From NCBI RefSeq assembly GCF_006345805.1, contig NC_042998.1, positions 20,212,001 to 20,276,000 of the forward strand: 64,000 bases of DNA, written 5' to 3'. The notes below the pieces were generated by a model, which was not told the DNA's origin, made no database searches, and worked only from the letters and a program-made list of their open reading frames with translations. Shown one piece after another: positions 41,169 to 54,097 of the stretch. This stretch comes from Octopus sinensis. Taxonomy: Eukaryota. The translations under genes and the position numbers were made by a program. Within the stretch, counting starts at the first letter, position 1, and each line of letters begins with the position of its first letter.

Positions 41169-41203
<35 letters not shown>

Positions 41204-41310
41204 TATATATATATATATATATACAGAGACAGCGAGAGAGAGAGAGAGGGCGAGAATGGACAGTCAGACAGACAAAGATATTACAGACACATAGATACAC
41301 AGATAAATAG

Positions 41311-41375
<65 letters not shown>

Positions 41376-41533
41376 GCCTACATACATACATACATACATA
41401 CATACATACAGAAAGTTGTATTTATAATGCAATTATGTGTATATATACACATATATTTGCATTACATATACAACTTTATGTATGTATGTATGTAAGTATG
41501 TATGTATGTATGTATGTATGTATCTACCTATCT

Positions 41534-41870
41534 AGTGGCTGTGTGGTAAGTAGCTTGCTTACCAACCACATGGTTCTGGGTTCAGTCCCACTGTGTGGCA
41601 CCTAGCGCAAGTATCTTCTACTATAGTCTCGGGCCTTGTGAATGGATTCGGTAAGCAGAAACTGAAAAAGCCTGTTGTATATAAGTATGTGTGTGTGTGA
41701 CAACCGATAATGGTGTGTTTACGTCCCATAACTCAGTGGTTCAGCAAAAGAGACCGATAGAATAAGTACTAGGCTTACAAAGAATAAGTGATGGGGGTCG
41801 AATAGCGCTACTAAAGGCAGTGCCCTAGCATGGTCGCAGTCAAATGACTGAAACAAGTAAAAGAGTATAT
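41534..41870 (+). mobile_element. SINE-A (diverged)
   Basis: gtggctgtgtggtaagtagcttgc ... gcagtcaaatgactgaaacaagtaaaagag. Confidence 0.85.
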
Positions 41871-41959
41871 ATATATATAAAAACATATCGATTAAGAAAT
41901 AATATATGTATTATATATATATATATAATATATATTATATATATATGTGGTCAGAACGC

Positions 41960-42137
41960 CATGATAGATCGCATTTTTTTCTCTCCTTGTTTTTTTCTGT
42001 GTATCTTTCTGTCGAAGAGCGTAGGCTCGAAACGTAAAAGACTTGTGGTATTTCTATTCCTGAGCGCCATACTAATACATTTGTTTGTTTGCACTCCACT
42101 TGCCTTCGTCTTTTGTTTATTTTCGTAAACTTTCCCG

Positions 42138-42140
<3 letters not shown>
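41960..42140 (+). mobile_element. ~180-bp pLTR-like repeat (HH-F) in (TA)n
   Basis: Related copies at 54790-54945 (-) and 60635-60741 (-, truncated inside the ribozyme). Confidence 0.75.
42004..42041 (+). ncRNA. Minimal hammerhead-like motif with A6U core variant (HH-F)
   Basis: UCUUU-CUGUCGA-A-GAGC-GUAG-GCUC-GAAA-CG-UA-AAAGA; perfect stems I and II. Confidence 0.6.
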
Positions 42141-42200
<60 letters not shown>

Positions 42201-42488
42201 TTCATTATATATATACGTTTACATACATATGTGTGTGTGTGTATAAATTGTCTGTGTGTGCTTTGTCTGTTGTTCTGCGTTTCAGTTTCATTTAGCCATG
42301 ACAACTCAGGTAATAGTGGATCAATGTCTTCTCATGAAATCGTTTATTTTGTTTGTAACTGTCCAGGGGCTCAGTCTTTGTGCTGCGATTCTTAGTCTAC
42401 GTGACACTTCTAGTTATTGCGAATCTGCTGAGACTATTTTTTTCGGTTATATTCACTTGCATATAAGCAATGCGTGTCATGCACTCAG

Positions 42489-42528
<40 letters not shown>

Positions 42529-42765
42529 GCACACACACGCACGCACACACACACACACACACATACACACAACACACACATACATTGATGATGGCAACAA
42601 ATTGCCGAAACTGACGTCAGTCGAAAGAATTCTCTATTATTGTACATGTTAGTGTATATGTTTTCATTCATGTGCGTATATATACATACATACATACCTA
42701 CATATATACATACATATATGTATATTATATATATATATATATATATATTATATAGATATATTATG

Positions 42766-42981
42766 TTCAAAATGTGACCGCGTGTATACCGTTGGCGGTT
42801 TTTTTTCCTCAGTCTTCCCTTCTCTGGATCTTTCCTTCTCCTATGTTTCAGACGAAGAGCTCCGCTCGAAACGTTAAACCCTCCTTCTTCCCTTCCTTCC
42901 TGAGCGTCCAATAATACTATACTTGTTCCACGTCCCCGTGTTGTTGTGTTTTCTCTTTGTGTTTTCATGTTTGGATTAACT
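42766..42981 (+). mobile_element. HH-B repeat; hammerhead-like motif at 42845-42879 (core CAGACGA)
   Basis: GUUU-CAGACGA-A-GAGC-UCC-GCUC-GAAA-CG-UU-AAAC. Confidence 0.75.
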
Positions 42982-43065
42982 TTATATATATATATACATA
43001 TATATATATTATGAATAGTTAGTATAATGCATTGTGTGGAATATATATAAAATTCGTGCGAAATA

Positions 43066-43287
43066 AATCAAAGGCAAAACACAAGAAAACAGGCATATAA
43101 ATTAATGGTGTATTACTCTGTATTCAATAGGTCAGGGTTATGACGCCTCCTTTACGAATTAGCGAATGTGACCCTGTAAGAGCCACATTTGCAACCTTTG
43201 TTAATTCCTGGTGATACTGAACATAGGGTAAGTCACCATTATATCATATGCCAGTTTTCTTGTGATTTGCCTTGGATTTATTTCGCA
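43066..43287. repeat. Foldback with ~53-bp imperfect arms (MITE-like or pLTR-derived)
   Basis: gcgaaataaatcaaaggcaaaacacaagaaaacaggcatat vs the reverse complement ending ttggatttatttcgc. Confidence 0.75.
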
Positions 43288-43401
43288 TTGTTCCGGCCTT
43301 ACCCACGAATTATAAACATTTTTATATATATATATATATAAGTCTAATACATCGACCCCTAGTGCTTACTGGTATTTGATTTATCGACATTCATTATATA
43401 T

Positions 43402-43446
<45 letters not shown>

Positions 43447-43469
43447 TATATAATATATATCTATTATAC

Positions 43470-43500
<31 letters not shown>

Positions 43501-43619
43501 GTATTTAATCATGTCAAAGGGAAATGGAATTTAATTAAAATTAAAACATTCAATCAAATTTACATTTCCAGTGGTCTAACGTGCAAAAAAAATTAGTCAA
43601 GAAGACTATATATTAGTCA

Positions 43620-43729
43620 TACGATATAGTGTATATTTATACACATAAGGAATCTACTTGTAGGGAATTCAACATGTGGTAAATTCCCTACAAGTGGATT
43701 CCTTATGTGTATAAATATACACTATATCG

Positions 43730-43731
<2 letters not shown>
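43620..43731. repeat. 50-bp-arm near-perfect hairpin with a 12-nt loop
   Basis: Arms 43620-43669 and 43682-43731, 49/50 complementary. Confidence 0.93.
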
Positions 43732-43792
<61 letters not shown>

Positions 43793-43960
43793 GTTATGAG
43801 AGGTAATGGTGTCAATAAGACCCAGAGGTGTTAGGTAATGGTGAGCAAGAGCTATAGACTGACTATAGTTAAGCTCCAGGTTCGGCGATTATACGAATGA
43901 CGAGTCCAACGTTGGTCATATATCAGCATATGTACATCTAAAAAAATAATACAATGAGAT

Positions 43961-44248
43961 AAAAGTCCAAAGCTGTGAAAGATTTCGGAACATTTATAAA
44001 TAGATCTTACAGCTGTTTCCGTTACCATTCTGTCTATATAATGAACTACAGATGCAGTATTCCTGCATAACTCACGTCTATTTCCATTCCTCCACTTCAC
44101 TCTCTATTTAATATCTTCTCTAGAATAACTATTGCTTAACCATTTTCTCACACCGACTCCGATGAAAGGATATATAAAATATCCCGGAAACAGCTGTAAG
44201 ACCTTCTATTTGTAAATGTTCTGAAACCTTTCACAGCCTTGGATTTTT
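43961..44248. mobile_element. pLTR-like element (HH-G) with an inverted truncated arm; hammerhead-like motif at 44155-44202 (+)
   Basis: CCGAUGA-AA-GGAUA/UAUCC-CG-GAAA-CAGCUG-UA (palindromic ACAGCUGU); inverted arm 43961-44021 ends at cggaaac. Confidence 0.65.
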
Positions 44249-44479
44249 ACCAAATTCCACATTTCAGAGGATGTTTCAAATAATGGTGTAGCACAGACAA
44301 CGTTGATGCCCCAGCATGACCGCAGCTTTGTAGCAGAAACTACTTAAAGATTAAAGATTGATTAATATATTAAATAATATATATATATATTCTGAGTTCA
44401 AATACTGAGGTAGACAATTTTTACGTTCACCCTTTTGGATTCGATAAAATAAAATACGAGCCAGGAACAAGGATCGATG

Positions 44480-44700
44480 TAAGGCGGCGAGTTGGCAGAA
44501 ACTTTAGCACGCTGGGCAAAATGCTTAGCGGTATTCGTTCTGAGTTCAAATTCCGCCGAAGTCGACTTTGCCTTTCATCCTTTCGGGGTCGATAAATTAA
44601 GTACCAGTTTAACACTGGGGTCGATGTAATCGACTAAATCCCTTTGTTTCTCCCCTCTGTGTCTAGCCACTTGTGGGCAATAAAGAAATAACAAATAAGG
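44480..44700 (+). mobile_element. SINE-B
   Basis: Head aaggcggcgagttggcagaaac plus one body unit. Confidence 0.85.
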
Positions 44701-45149
44701 AACAGGGATCGATGTTTTGACTAAACCCCTCCCTTCAAAATTGCTTGCCTTATGCTAAAATCAGAAACTATTATCGTTATTATTGTATTTTTTGCAATTT
44801 GTTACTTTTTTTTTCTAAATCGATAAAAAAGGCTATTTTTATTGAAAATTTCATTTTATGTTTTGATTTTATTTCAAGTAATATTTACATTCGAAACTTA
44901 TAATTCTCAAATTTCAGAAAATAATCATCACCGAAACTGACTCTCATACTATAAAAAATCTCTTTTCCTGTCTCGCCTCACGGCAACAGCCACGTGATTT
45001 CCACCATTATTGATCACGACTACTACCACCACCATCGTCATCGTCATCGTCATCATCATCATTTTCATAATTCTCCTCTTCCTTATTACCATTACCAACA
45101 TCATCATCAGCAGCAGCAGCGCTCTTATTGTTAAGTTTCGAACACCATA

Positions 45150-45680
45150 ATCTTTTCTACTCTAGGCACAAAGCCCGATATTTTAGCGGAGGGGGCCAGT
45201 CGACCCAGTACGCAACTGGTACTTAATTTATCGACCCCGAAAGGCAAAGTCGACCTCGGTGGAATTTCAACTAAGAACGTAACGGCAGACGAAATACCTA
45301 TTTCTTTACTACCCACAAGGGCTAAACACAGAGAGGACAAACAAGGACAGACAAACGGATTAAGCCGATTAGATCGACCCCAGTGTGTAACTGGTACTTA
45401 ATTTATCGACCCCAAAAGGATGAAAGGCAAAGTCGACCTCGGTGGAATTTGAACTCAGAACGTAACGGCAGGCGAAATACCTATTTCTTTACTACCCACA
45501 AGGGACAAACAAGGACAGACAAACGGATCAAGTCGATAACATCGACCCCAGTTCGTAACTGTATTTAATTTATCCACCCCGAAATGAAAGGCAAAGTCGA
45601 CCTCGGCGGAACGTAAGGCAGATGAAATATGGCTACGCATTTCGCCCGGCGTGCTAACGACTCTGCCAGCACGCCGCCTT
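45150..45680 (-). mobile_element. SINE-B trimer with diverged ~15-bp TSD
   Basis: Flanks tcgaacaccataatc / tcgaaatccataatc. Confidence 0.85.
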
Positions 45681-46152
45681 ATCGAAATCCATAATCACTA
45701 ATACGCCAATCAAAATTGCTTAGGATTATTTAACTGCTTCTCCTGAACATCTGCGTTCTAATCCCGACAAGTTGAGCTCTGCTTTTCATCTATCAAAGGT
45801 CGTTAAAATAAAAAACATTCTTCTACTTGGGCGTATACTCTTTAACGTTCTCTCCAAATAAATATGCGATCTTATGTCAGACACCATGTACGACATCTCC
45901 ACAGTGCACAATAGCACAGCGTTGCAATGGCAGAATAAATAGAATATCTAACAAATTAATTATGTGGTACTTACATGTGTTACTTTCTGTTTTTGCATTC
46001 TATTTCAACCTCGACGAAATTTGAAATTGGAATGTAAACAAACGTCTCCATATTACCGGCGTTACATGCCTCAATCAGCTGGAAGTACATTCATTACCAT
46101 TCTTTTCATTACACCTGGATAAACAGATTCAGTGCCAATATGATTAATAATT

Positions 46153-47650
46153 AATATTTATTCTTCTGAAGACAGAAACGTTAGCACGCCGAGTGAAATG
46201 CTTATAGGTATTTCGTCTGAGTTTACTTTCTCAGTTCAAATTCCGCCGAGGTCGACTTTGCTATTCATCTTTTCGGGATAAAATAAGTACCATTTGCATC
46301 CTGGGGTCGACCTATCGAGTGGTCCCATCCCCCAAAAATTTCGGGCCTTGTGCTTAGAAAAAAATATTGTTCTCCTGAAAGTGGTAATCTCCTGAAAGCT
46401 GGCAGAATCGTTAGCACGCCGGGCGAAATGCTTAGCGGTATTACGTCTGCCGCTACGTTCTGAGTTCAAATTCCTTCATCCTTTCCAGGTCGATAAATTA
46501 AGTACCAGTTACGCACTGAGGTCGTTATAATCGACTTAATCCGTTTGTCAGTCCTTGTTTGTCCTCTCTGTGTTTAGCCCCTCGTGGGTAGTAAAGAAAT
46601 AGGTATTTCGTCTGTCTTTATGTTCTCAGTTCAAATTCCACCGACGTCAACTTTGCATTTCATCTTTTCGAGGTCGATAAAAATAAGTACCATTGCGGCC
46701 TGGGGGTCGATCTAATCGAGTGGACCCCTCCCTCAAAAGTTTCGGGCCTTGTGCCTAGAGTAGAAAAGAATATTTATTCTTCTGAAAGTGTGACCTGGTA
46801 GAAACTTTAGCACGCCAGGCGAAATGCTTAGCGGTATTTCGTCTGCCGTTACGTTCCGAGTTCAAATTCCGCCGAGGTCGACTTTGCCTTTCATCCTTTC
46901 GGGGTCGATTAAATAAGTACCATTTACACACTGGGGTCGATATAATCGACTTAATCCGTTTGTCAGTCCTTGTTTGTCCTCTCTGTGCTTAGTCCCTTGT
47001 GGTTAGTAAAGAAATAAGTATTTTGCCTGCCGCTACCTTCTGAGTTCAAATTCCGCCGAGGTCGACTTTGTTTTTCATCCTTTCGGGGTTGATAAATTAA
47101 GTACATTTGCGTCCTGGGGCCGATCTAAAGGTGTTAACCTCTCCCCAAAAATTTTGGGCATTGTGCTTAGAGTAGAAAAGAATATTTATTCTTCTGAAAG
47201 CGGTGAGCTGGCAGAATCGTTACCATGTGGGGAGTGATGCTTAGCGGCATTTCTGTCGAATCTACGTTCTAAGTTCTAAGTTCAAATACCGCTAGGTTTG
47301 ACGTTTCCTTTCAATGTTTTGGGGTCGATAAAATATATACCAGTTGAGTACTGAGGTCGATCTAATCGACTTGCCCCTCACCTAACATTGCTGGACTTGT
47401 CCTAAAATTTGAAATAGATGATTAGTATTTATATTTCTGTTAAGGCGACTAGATGGCAAGATGGTGGGGCGAAATGCATAGCAGCTTTTCTTCGTGCTTT
47501 AGGTTCTGAGTTTAAATTCTGCCGGCGTCGATTCTTTACGTTTCATCCGTTGTGGTGTGTGGATAGAATAAGAATCAGTTGAAACTTGCCTCGATATAAC
47601 CGACTTACCTCGCCTCTGAAATTGCTGGCGTTGTGTCAAAATTCGAAACC
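46153..47650 (+). mobile_element. Tandem pile of 4-5 SINE-B monomers/dimers
   Basis: Four of them are preceded by aatatt(t)(a/g)ttct(t/c)ctgaa at 46153, 46363, 46769 and 47181. Confidence 0.85.
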
Positions 47651-47744
47651 GATAGTTATGGATCTGGTTTATTTTGCATGTTACAAATAATATTGGTAAT
47701 GTACTCTGCTACATTCATGCATTTCTCAGAAAACAGACACACAC

Positions 47745-47761
47745 ACATCATCATCATCATT

Positions 47762-47811
<50 letters not shown>

Positions 47812-47965
47812 CATTATCATTATCATCATCGTCACCATCATCATCATCATCACCATCATCACCATCATCATCATCATCACCATCATCACCATCATCATCA
47901 CCATCATCATCATCATCATTATCATCATCACCATCATCATCATCATCATCATGATCATCATCACC

Positions 47966-47997
<32 letters not shown>

Positions 47998-48128
47998 CAT
48001 TATCATTATCATCATCGTCACCATCATCATCATTATCGTCATCACCATCATCATCACCATCATCACCATCATCATCATCATCACCATCATCATCACCATC
48101 ATCATCACCATCATCATCACCATCACCG

Positions 48129-48172
<44 letters not shown>

Positions 48173-48310
48173 TCATCGATATCATTACCATCATCATAAT
48201 CGTCATCGTCGTCGTCATCATTACATCCATATCACCGCCATCATTGTCGTCATCGTCATTGTCACTATCTTCCTCGTTTTCTCCTTTTAACACTATCATC
48301 ATTATCATCA
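47745..48310. repeat. (CAT)n/(CAC)n microsatellite
   Basis: Direct reading; source of the poly-His/Ile/Met ORFs. Confidence 0.95.
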
Positions 48311-48794
48311 TTCATATAGATATATACGCGTGTGTATGAGAAAGACAGAGAGAGGGAGAGGGAGGGGTGGATGTGTGTGTGTGTGTATTTTCATTAGGCG
48401 CAACAGAAGTAGTATAGCAATCTGTGTATCATACTAAATGCAAATACATCACGAAAAATCTAGTAAACTTGGGAATTCACCTGGAGATTATATTTTGTTT
48501 TGAATATACGGTTAAACTGCAAAACTGAAAATATGGACAGCAAATGAAAATCGTCGAGCAACGGTACTGGGAATGCTATATGTGCATTGTTGCTCTGTTA
48601 GCAGCTTGTACCCGCAGGAAAGTGCATACCAAGACAAAATCTGTTACCACTGGTATAGAAAAACAGCGGTTAAACAATTACTGGTGTTGCAATTAGCCGG
48701 CCTTTTATTTTTTATTTTATTTTATCTAGTTTCAGCTCACGAGCTGTGGCCATGCTGGGGCACCCCCATTGGTGTTGCTACATGATTTTACTTC

Positions 48795-49095
48795 ACGAAT
48801 GCTTTTTAGCAACTGCCATTTGGTGCATGAGAGAGTTCGATGCAGCTGCCCTCATCTGCACCTCCTGTCGTGAAGTTGGTTCATCTGGGATACCTGACAG
48901 GAAGAGATCCAGTTTTATTTTAAAGACATCTGCATCCACCCCATGCAGGTCCCTCAGGTTCTTCGGGAGGATATTGAAGAGCTGTGGGCCTCTGAAGCCC
49001 AGGCTATCACAGTATCTTGTCCTACATCTTGATGGCAAATTTGGAGTCCTTGGCACCACGCAGTGGCGCCCAGTAACATTTGTTACGCGCAACAA
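48795..49095 (-). mobile_element. 3' end of a CR1-group LINE ORF2
   Basis: SLGFRGPQLFNILPKNLR..VFKIKLDLFLSGIPDEP..RAAASNSL. Confidence 0.78.
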
Positions 49096-49252
49096 ATGCA
49101 GTATTGTTCTATATTTAAGAGATGAGGAATTATGTATATTATTTACATCATTTACATTACTTACATTCGACGTATATTTGTCCTCATCTTGTTTGTTGTT
49201 AACACAACGTTTCGGCTGATATACCCTCCAGCCTTCTTCAGGTGTTTTGGGG
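49096..49252 (-). mobile_element. HH-A 3' module; hammerhead at 49201-49246 with perfect stem I (AACAC/GUGUU)
   Basis: Reverse complement of the 17029-17178 module. Confidence 0.8.
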
Positions 49253-49350
49253 AATATAAGAGAATAACAGGGGGTTAATTGCTGGTATTTGGAGGGGGGG
49301 GCGTCTAAACGAAATATCAGCAATTTCCTTACTGTTATTTTCCCATATAA
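49253..49350. repeat. ~100-bp MITE-like unit; inverted second copy at 50040-50153
   Basis: aatataagagaataacaggg...ctgttattttcccatataa; each copy has its own imperfect terminal inverted repeat. Confidence 0.7.
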
Positions 49351-49413
49351 AGTGTTGATTAAAAATGTGTTACGTGCAACAGAAACAGTGTAAGATTAAA
49401 TTACCAATATGAG

Positions 49414-49523
49414 CCACTATGCTATATGCCCACGGGCATATGGTGTAGTGGTTAGGAGCACGGGCTACTAACCTCAAGATTCCGAGTTCGATTCCAAGCA
49501 GTGACCTGAACAATGACAATAAA

Positions 49524-49560
<37 letters not shown>

Positions 49561-49722
49561 TCTAACATAGAAAAATACCTTAGAAATGAGAACCCAGGTT
49601 CGAAATTTCGCCAAGACTCCTGAAGAAGGTTGGAGGGTATATCAGCCGAAACGTTGTGTTAAGAACAAACAAGATGAGGACAAATATCCGTCGAATGTAA
49701 ATAATGTAAATAATGTAAATGC
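49414..49722 (+). mobile_element. Second tRNA-headed HH-A element; hammerhead at 49615-49660
   Basis: 18-nt inverted head remnant (49414-49431), tRNA-like 49434-49506, (AAT)n, pLTR-like module. Confidence 0.8.
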
Positions 49723-50476
49723 AGTATTAGTTTGAAATAGCAATCTACGCACCTTACTTAATGCAAATACATTATTGCGGTAGTCGTCCAGAGATAATAC
49801 CTTCTTTGGAATACAGCGTTTAAATAACACAAACTAATCGTGCAAAAGTGATGATGTAAATGCTATTTACATAATTCTACTTTTCTGGCGTTTCATCAGA
49901 AAAGTATAATCGCTAACAAAATCGTGCTAATATATATATATATGCCTTCTGTGATGTATTTCTATTACATATAATACAATGATTGGTAATTTAATCTTAC
50001 ACTGCTTCTGCTGCACGTAACGAATTTTTAATCAACTCTTTATATGAGAAAATAACAGGAAGAAAATTGCTGATATTTCGTTTGGACACCCCCTCCACAC
50101 ACACACACAAGATAAAAATACCAGCAATTAACACCCTGTTATTCTCTTATATTGAATGCGCTCTTCATACTGCGTAATAGTCCTAAATTGTATGCAAGTT
50201 TCCTCAACTGGATCATGAAGAAGCAGAAGTGTTGGGTAGATACTTTCACAGCCGCAAACATATATGGAAATTTGTTGCGCGCCGAGAAAATGTTGCATAT
50301 ATATATATTATATATATATAGACAAAGTGACAAAGAAACTAACAAAAAATTACTGGACAATTCCAGATCCCGAATTTCTGGCTTTGCATAAGAAATGCTT
50401 TGCTTACATACGTGCATATATATGTATGTATACATTTGTATATGTAAGTATATCGTATGTTGGAGATATATATATA

Positions 50477-50516
<40 letters not shown>

Positions 50517-50589
50517 CTATGTATGTATGTATGTATTTATGTGCTATCTGAGTGTATTCCACTGATGAAGGCAAAGCATCTATCTACCT

Positions 50590-50935
50590 AGCTATCTATA
50601 TATGTGCAGATTTGTATATTTTGTTTTATGTTTGTATTTTCATGCATATAGTTACATATCTAGACATACTCATATATATTTAAAGGAAAAACTTTTGGAT
50701 GGATTTACAGATTTTTACAGGTCCAGTGATTGATTGGATCTGTAGTCTCCGAATTAGCTTTCTCCTTTCTGGTGCTGAGAAACCTAATTTCTCAAGATTG
50801 GTATCTAGGCATTCTGTTACATATCCCAGAATCCCAATAATTACAGGTATAAAACTGAACTTGTAACCAGGATAGAGTAACTACAGATTTCTCAATAGTT
50901 CAGCGTAGTTGTTCTCTTCACTCACCTTCAGCTTT
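50590..50935 (-). pseudogene. 3' end of a second RLE-type LINE family; further copy at 55155-55487, fragment near 59040-59150
   Basis: NYAELLRNL*LLYPGYKFSFIPVIIGILG..LIRRLQIQSITGPVKICK. Confidence 0.72.
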
Positions 50936-51016
50936 AAGTTAACATCCACTGGACAGGTAATTTACACAACTGTACAAGTTTCTCTTCTCTATCCCAAGTA
51001 TGTATGTATGTATGTA

Positions 51017-51222
51017 TTCAAAATGTGACCACGTGTATACCGTTGGGGATTTTTTCCCTCTGTCTTCCCTTCTCTGAATCTTTCCTTCTATGTTTCCGAC
51101 GAAGAGCTCCACTCGAAACGTTAAACCCTCCTTCTTTCCTTCTTTCCTGAGCGTCCAATAATACTATATTAGTTCCACGTCCTCGTGTTGAGTTTTTGGT
51201 GCTTTCTTGTTTAGATTAACTC
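51017..51222 (+). mobile_element. HH-B repeat; hammerhead-like motif at 51092-51126 (core CCGACGA)
   Basis: Third copy of the family. Confidence 0.75.
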
Positions 51223-51254
51223 TATGTATGTCATTACAACTAAGGGATAATATC

Positions 51255-51880
51255 TATGTATGTATGTATCTATGTATGTATATATGTATGTGCATGTGTA
51301 TGTATGCAGGCATGCATGTATATATTATGTATGTATGTATGTACGTACGTATGTATGTATGCATGTATGTATGTAAGTATGTCATTATTCAGCTTATTTC
51401 AAAATTTCTTGCCAATAGAGAAAGAACCGGTTTCTAACCTAGATCCAAGGCCCCTTCATTGGAATTTCAACATCAACAACAGGGTATTTTTGTATGTATG
51501 TATGAATCTATGTATGTGTGTGTATGTGTATGTATATATGTATGTGCATGTGTATGTATGTATGTATGTATGTATGTATGTATGTATCTATGTATGCATG
51601 TATGTATGCAGGCATGTATGTATGTACGTATGTACGTATGTATGTATGTATGTATGTATGTATTTATGTATGTATGTATTTATGTATGTATGTATGTACG
51701 TATGTATGTATGCATGTATGTATGTATTTATGTATGTGTGTATGTATTTATGTTTGTATGTATGTATTTATATATGTATGTATGTATGTACGTATGTATG
51801 TATGTATGTATGTACGTATGTATATGTGTATGTATTTATATATGTATCTATGTATGTATGTATGTATGTATCTATGTATT

Positions 51881-51914
<34 letters not shown>

Positions 51915-51992
51915 TGTATGTATGTATGTATGTATTTATATATGTATGTACGTATGTATGTATGTATATACGTATGTATGTATGTATGTATT

Positions 51993-52026
<34 letters not shown>

Positions 52027-52380
52027 TGTATGTATGTATATATTTATGTATGTATGTACGTATGTACGTATGTATGTATGTATGTACGTATGTATGTATG
52101 TATGTATGTATGTATGTATGTATGTATGTATGTACGTATGTATGTATGTATGTATGTATGTACGTACGTACGTATGTATGTATGTATGTATGTACGTATG
52201 TATGTATGTATGTATGTACGTACGTACGTACGTACGTATGTATGTATGTATGTATGTATGTATGTATGTATATATGTATGTATGTACGTACATACGTATG
52301 TATGTATGTATGTATGTATGAATGTATGTTTGTATATATGTATGTATGTATGTATTTATGTATGTATATATGCGTCTATG
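51255..52380. repeat. ~1.1-kb degenerate (ATGT)n microsatellite
   Basis: Direct reading; source of the MYVC ORFs. Confidence 0.97.
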
Positions 52381-52830
52381 AATGTGAAAATCTTGTGTTG
52401 TTGTGGGAGCACTTACGCAGGATGGAATTCTGAATCAGTGAACAGTCAAAATTATGTAAAGACGGGTTACATAATGCGGGAATAAATAGGATAAATGTTA
52501 TATATTATATCGCACAATCAAAAGATAACGATACGGACTTAAGGAACTTGTCAGACAGACACACAAGCACACACACACACACAAATACATACACACACAC
52601 ACAAACACATACATTCGCTCAGGGAGGTATACATGCGTACGTATATATATATATATATACCTCTGCGTGTTTACTAGATTGTGATATTTGGGGGGGGGGC
52701 TATCAAAATACTGTTATCTGCCCATCTAGCAGAGAATTACATAAACATAATTCAGAAATTGCTGCGTACCACACAAACACAAATACACACACACACACAC
52801 ACACACACATATGTATATATATACATATAC

Positions 52831-53202
52831 ATCTCTCTATATATAAACGGCAGTTTGTCTGTGCGTGTTTCTGTGTGTCCGTTTGCTTGTACCTTCACCC
52901 TGACCACGGCTTTCAACCGATTCTGATGAAACTTGACACACACATAGCCCAATGTCATAATTCAAAACTAACGCAGCGAAAATTTTGAAAAGTTCCCCCA
53001 GTTCTGAAAAAATCGATAAATTCGACATGGGGTCCAGATCAGAAACACAAACTGTCTAGGGGACGCAACTCCACCTTTTTAACTAAAAAAAATTTACCAT
53101 CATTTTTCCCATTTTTTTGCTATTTTTTGGCTATAACTCTCTAAAAATGCTTTATAGTTATTTCCCTTACAAACCTGAGCAACGCCGGGCGATACTGCTA
53201 GT
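52831..53202 (-). mobile_element. Non-autonomous Helitron/Helentron-type element (Lep1/HINE-like)
   Basis: Minus strand starts ACTAGCAGTATCGCCCGGCGTTGCTCAGG (hairpin), contains caagtttcatcagaatcgg, ends (AC)-rich then TTTATATATAGAGAGAT. Confidence 0.78.
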
Positions 53203-53700
53203 ATATATATAATTACATATATGTATGTATGCAAGTATATATATGTGGGTGTATAAAATAATAGAAAATATATATAGGGTAGGCAATTTACAGAAAATTT
53301 TCTACCAGTGGCTAGCATGCATAAAATAGTCAATATACAAAATATTTTTCATGTAAAATTAGTGTACATTTATACACAAAAGATGTGACCCTAAACAGAA
53401 TACCTTAAATGCTAAAAAGAACAGTAAATGCCCGAACCACGAACTGAAAAAAAAAGTAATCAATTGAATATTTCTGCAGCGTGGATTTGAACGCAAATAG
53501 GCCAGGAAATAAGAAGGCTTTATCTGCGCGGCTACTATTGGCAAAACCATAACGAGTGGAAAAAGACCTTTTTGGCATGTCACCAAAGAGTTCAATGGTC
53601 TCTGCTTGAGAAATAGACCGACTTGCAGATTGCACGCAACACAGAGGTGTTATACATATGTGTGTACATATGCACACTTGCATATGTATGTGGGATTTCG

Positions 53701-53731
<31 letters not shown>

Positions 53732-53900
53732 GGAGAGAGATATAAAAGCATGCATGTGTACGATTCCTTTTCTTTATTAATAATTCCAACCGCGTTGATA
53801 TTTCAAAGTTTTATTTCCATCCTTGCCACTACAAACATACATACAAACACACCACGTGCGCGCACAAACATACACACATATATACATATATACATACATA

Positions 53901-54020
<120 letters not shown>

Positions 54021-54056
54021 TATACATATATATATATACATATATATAATATATAC

Positions 54057-54097
<41 letters not shown>

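Noticed and set aside
47633-48339. Long poly-His/Ile/Met ORFs, and likewise 51256-52485 MYVC, 38065-39018 and 330-1803
   Set aside because: Translations of (CAT)n, (ATGT)n and (AAT)n microsatellites; open frames are expected and there is no domain or splice evidence.
48793-49323. 176-aa ORF as a host gene
   Set aside because: Chimeric read-through of a MITE-like unit, the HH-A module and a CR1-group LINE C-terminus.
49253-50153. Single 900-bp DNA transposon with 100-bp TIRs
   Set aside because: No TSD seen, and each arm has its own small TIRs, so two oppositely oriented mini-elements are more likely.
50555-50580. CUGAUGA-A-GGC-AAA-GC half hammerhead
   Set aside because: Truncated by a microsatellite; no GAAA, cut site or stem I closure is visible.
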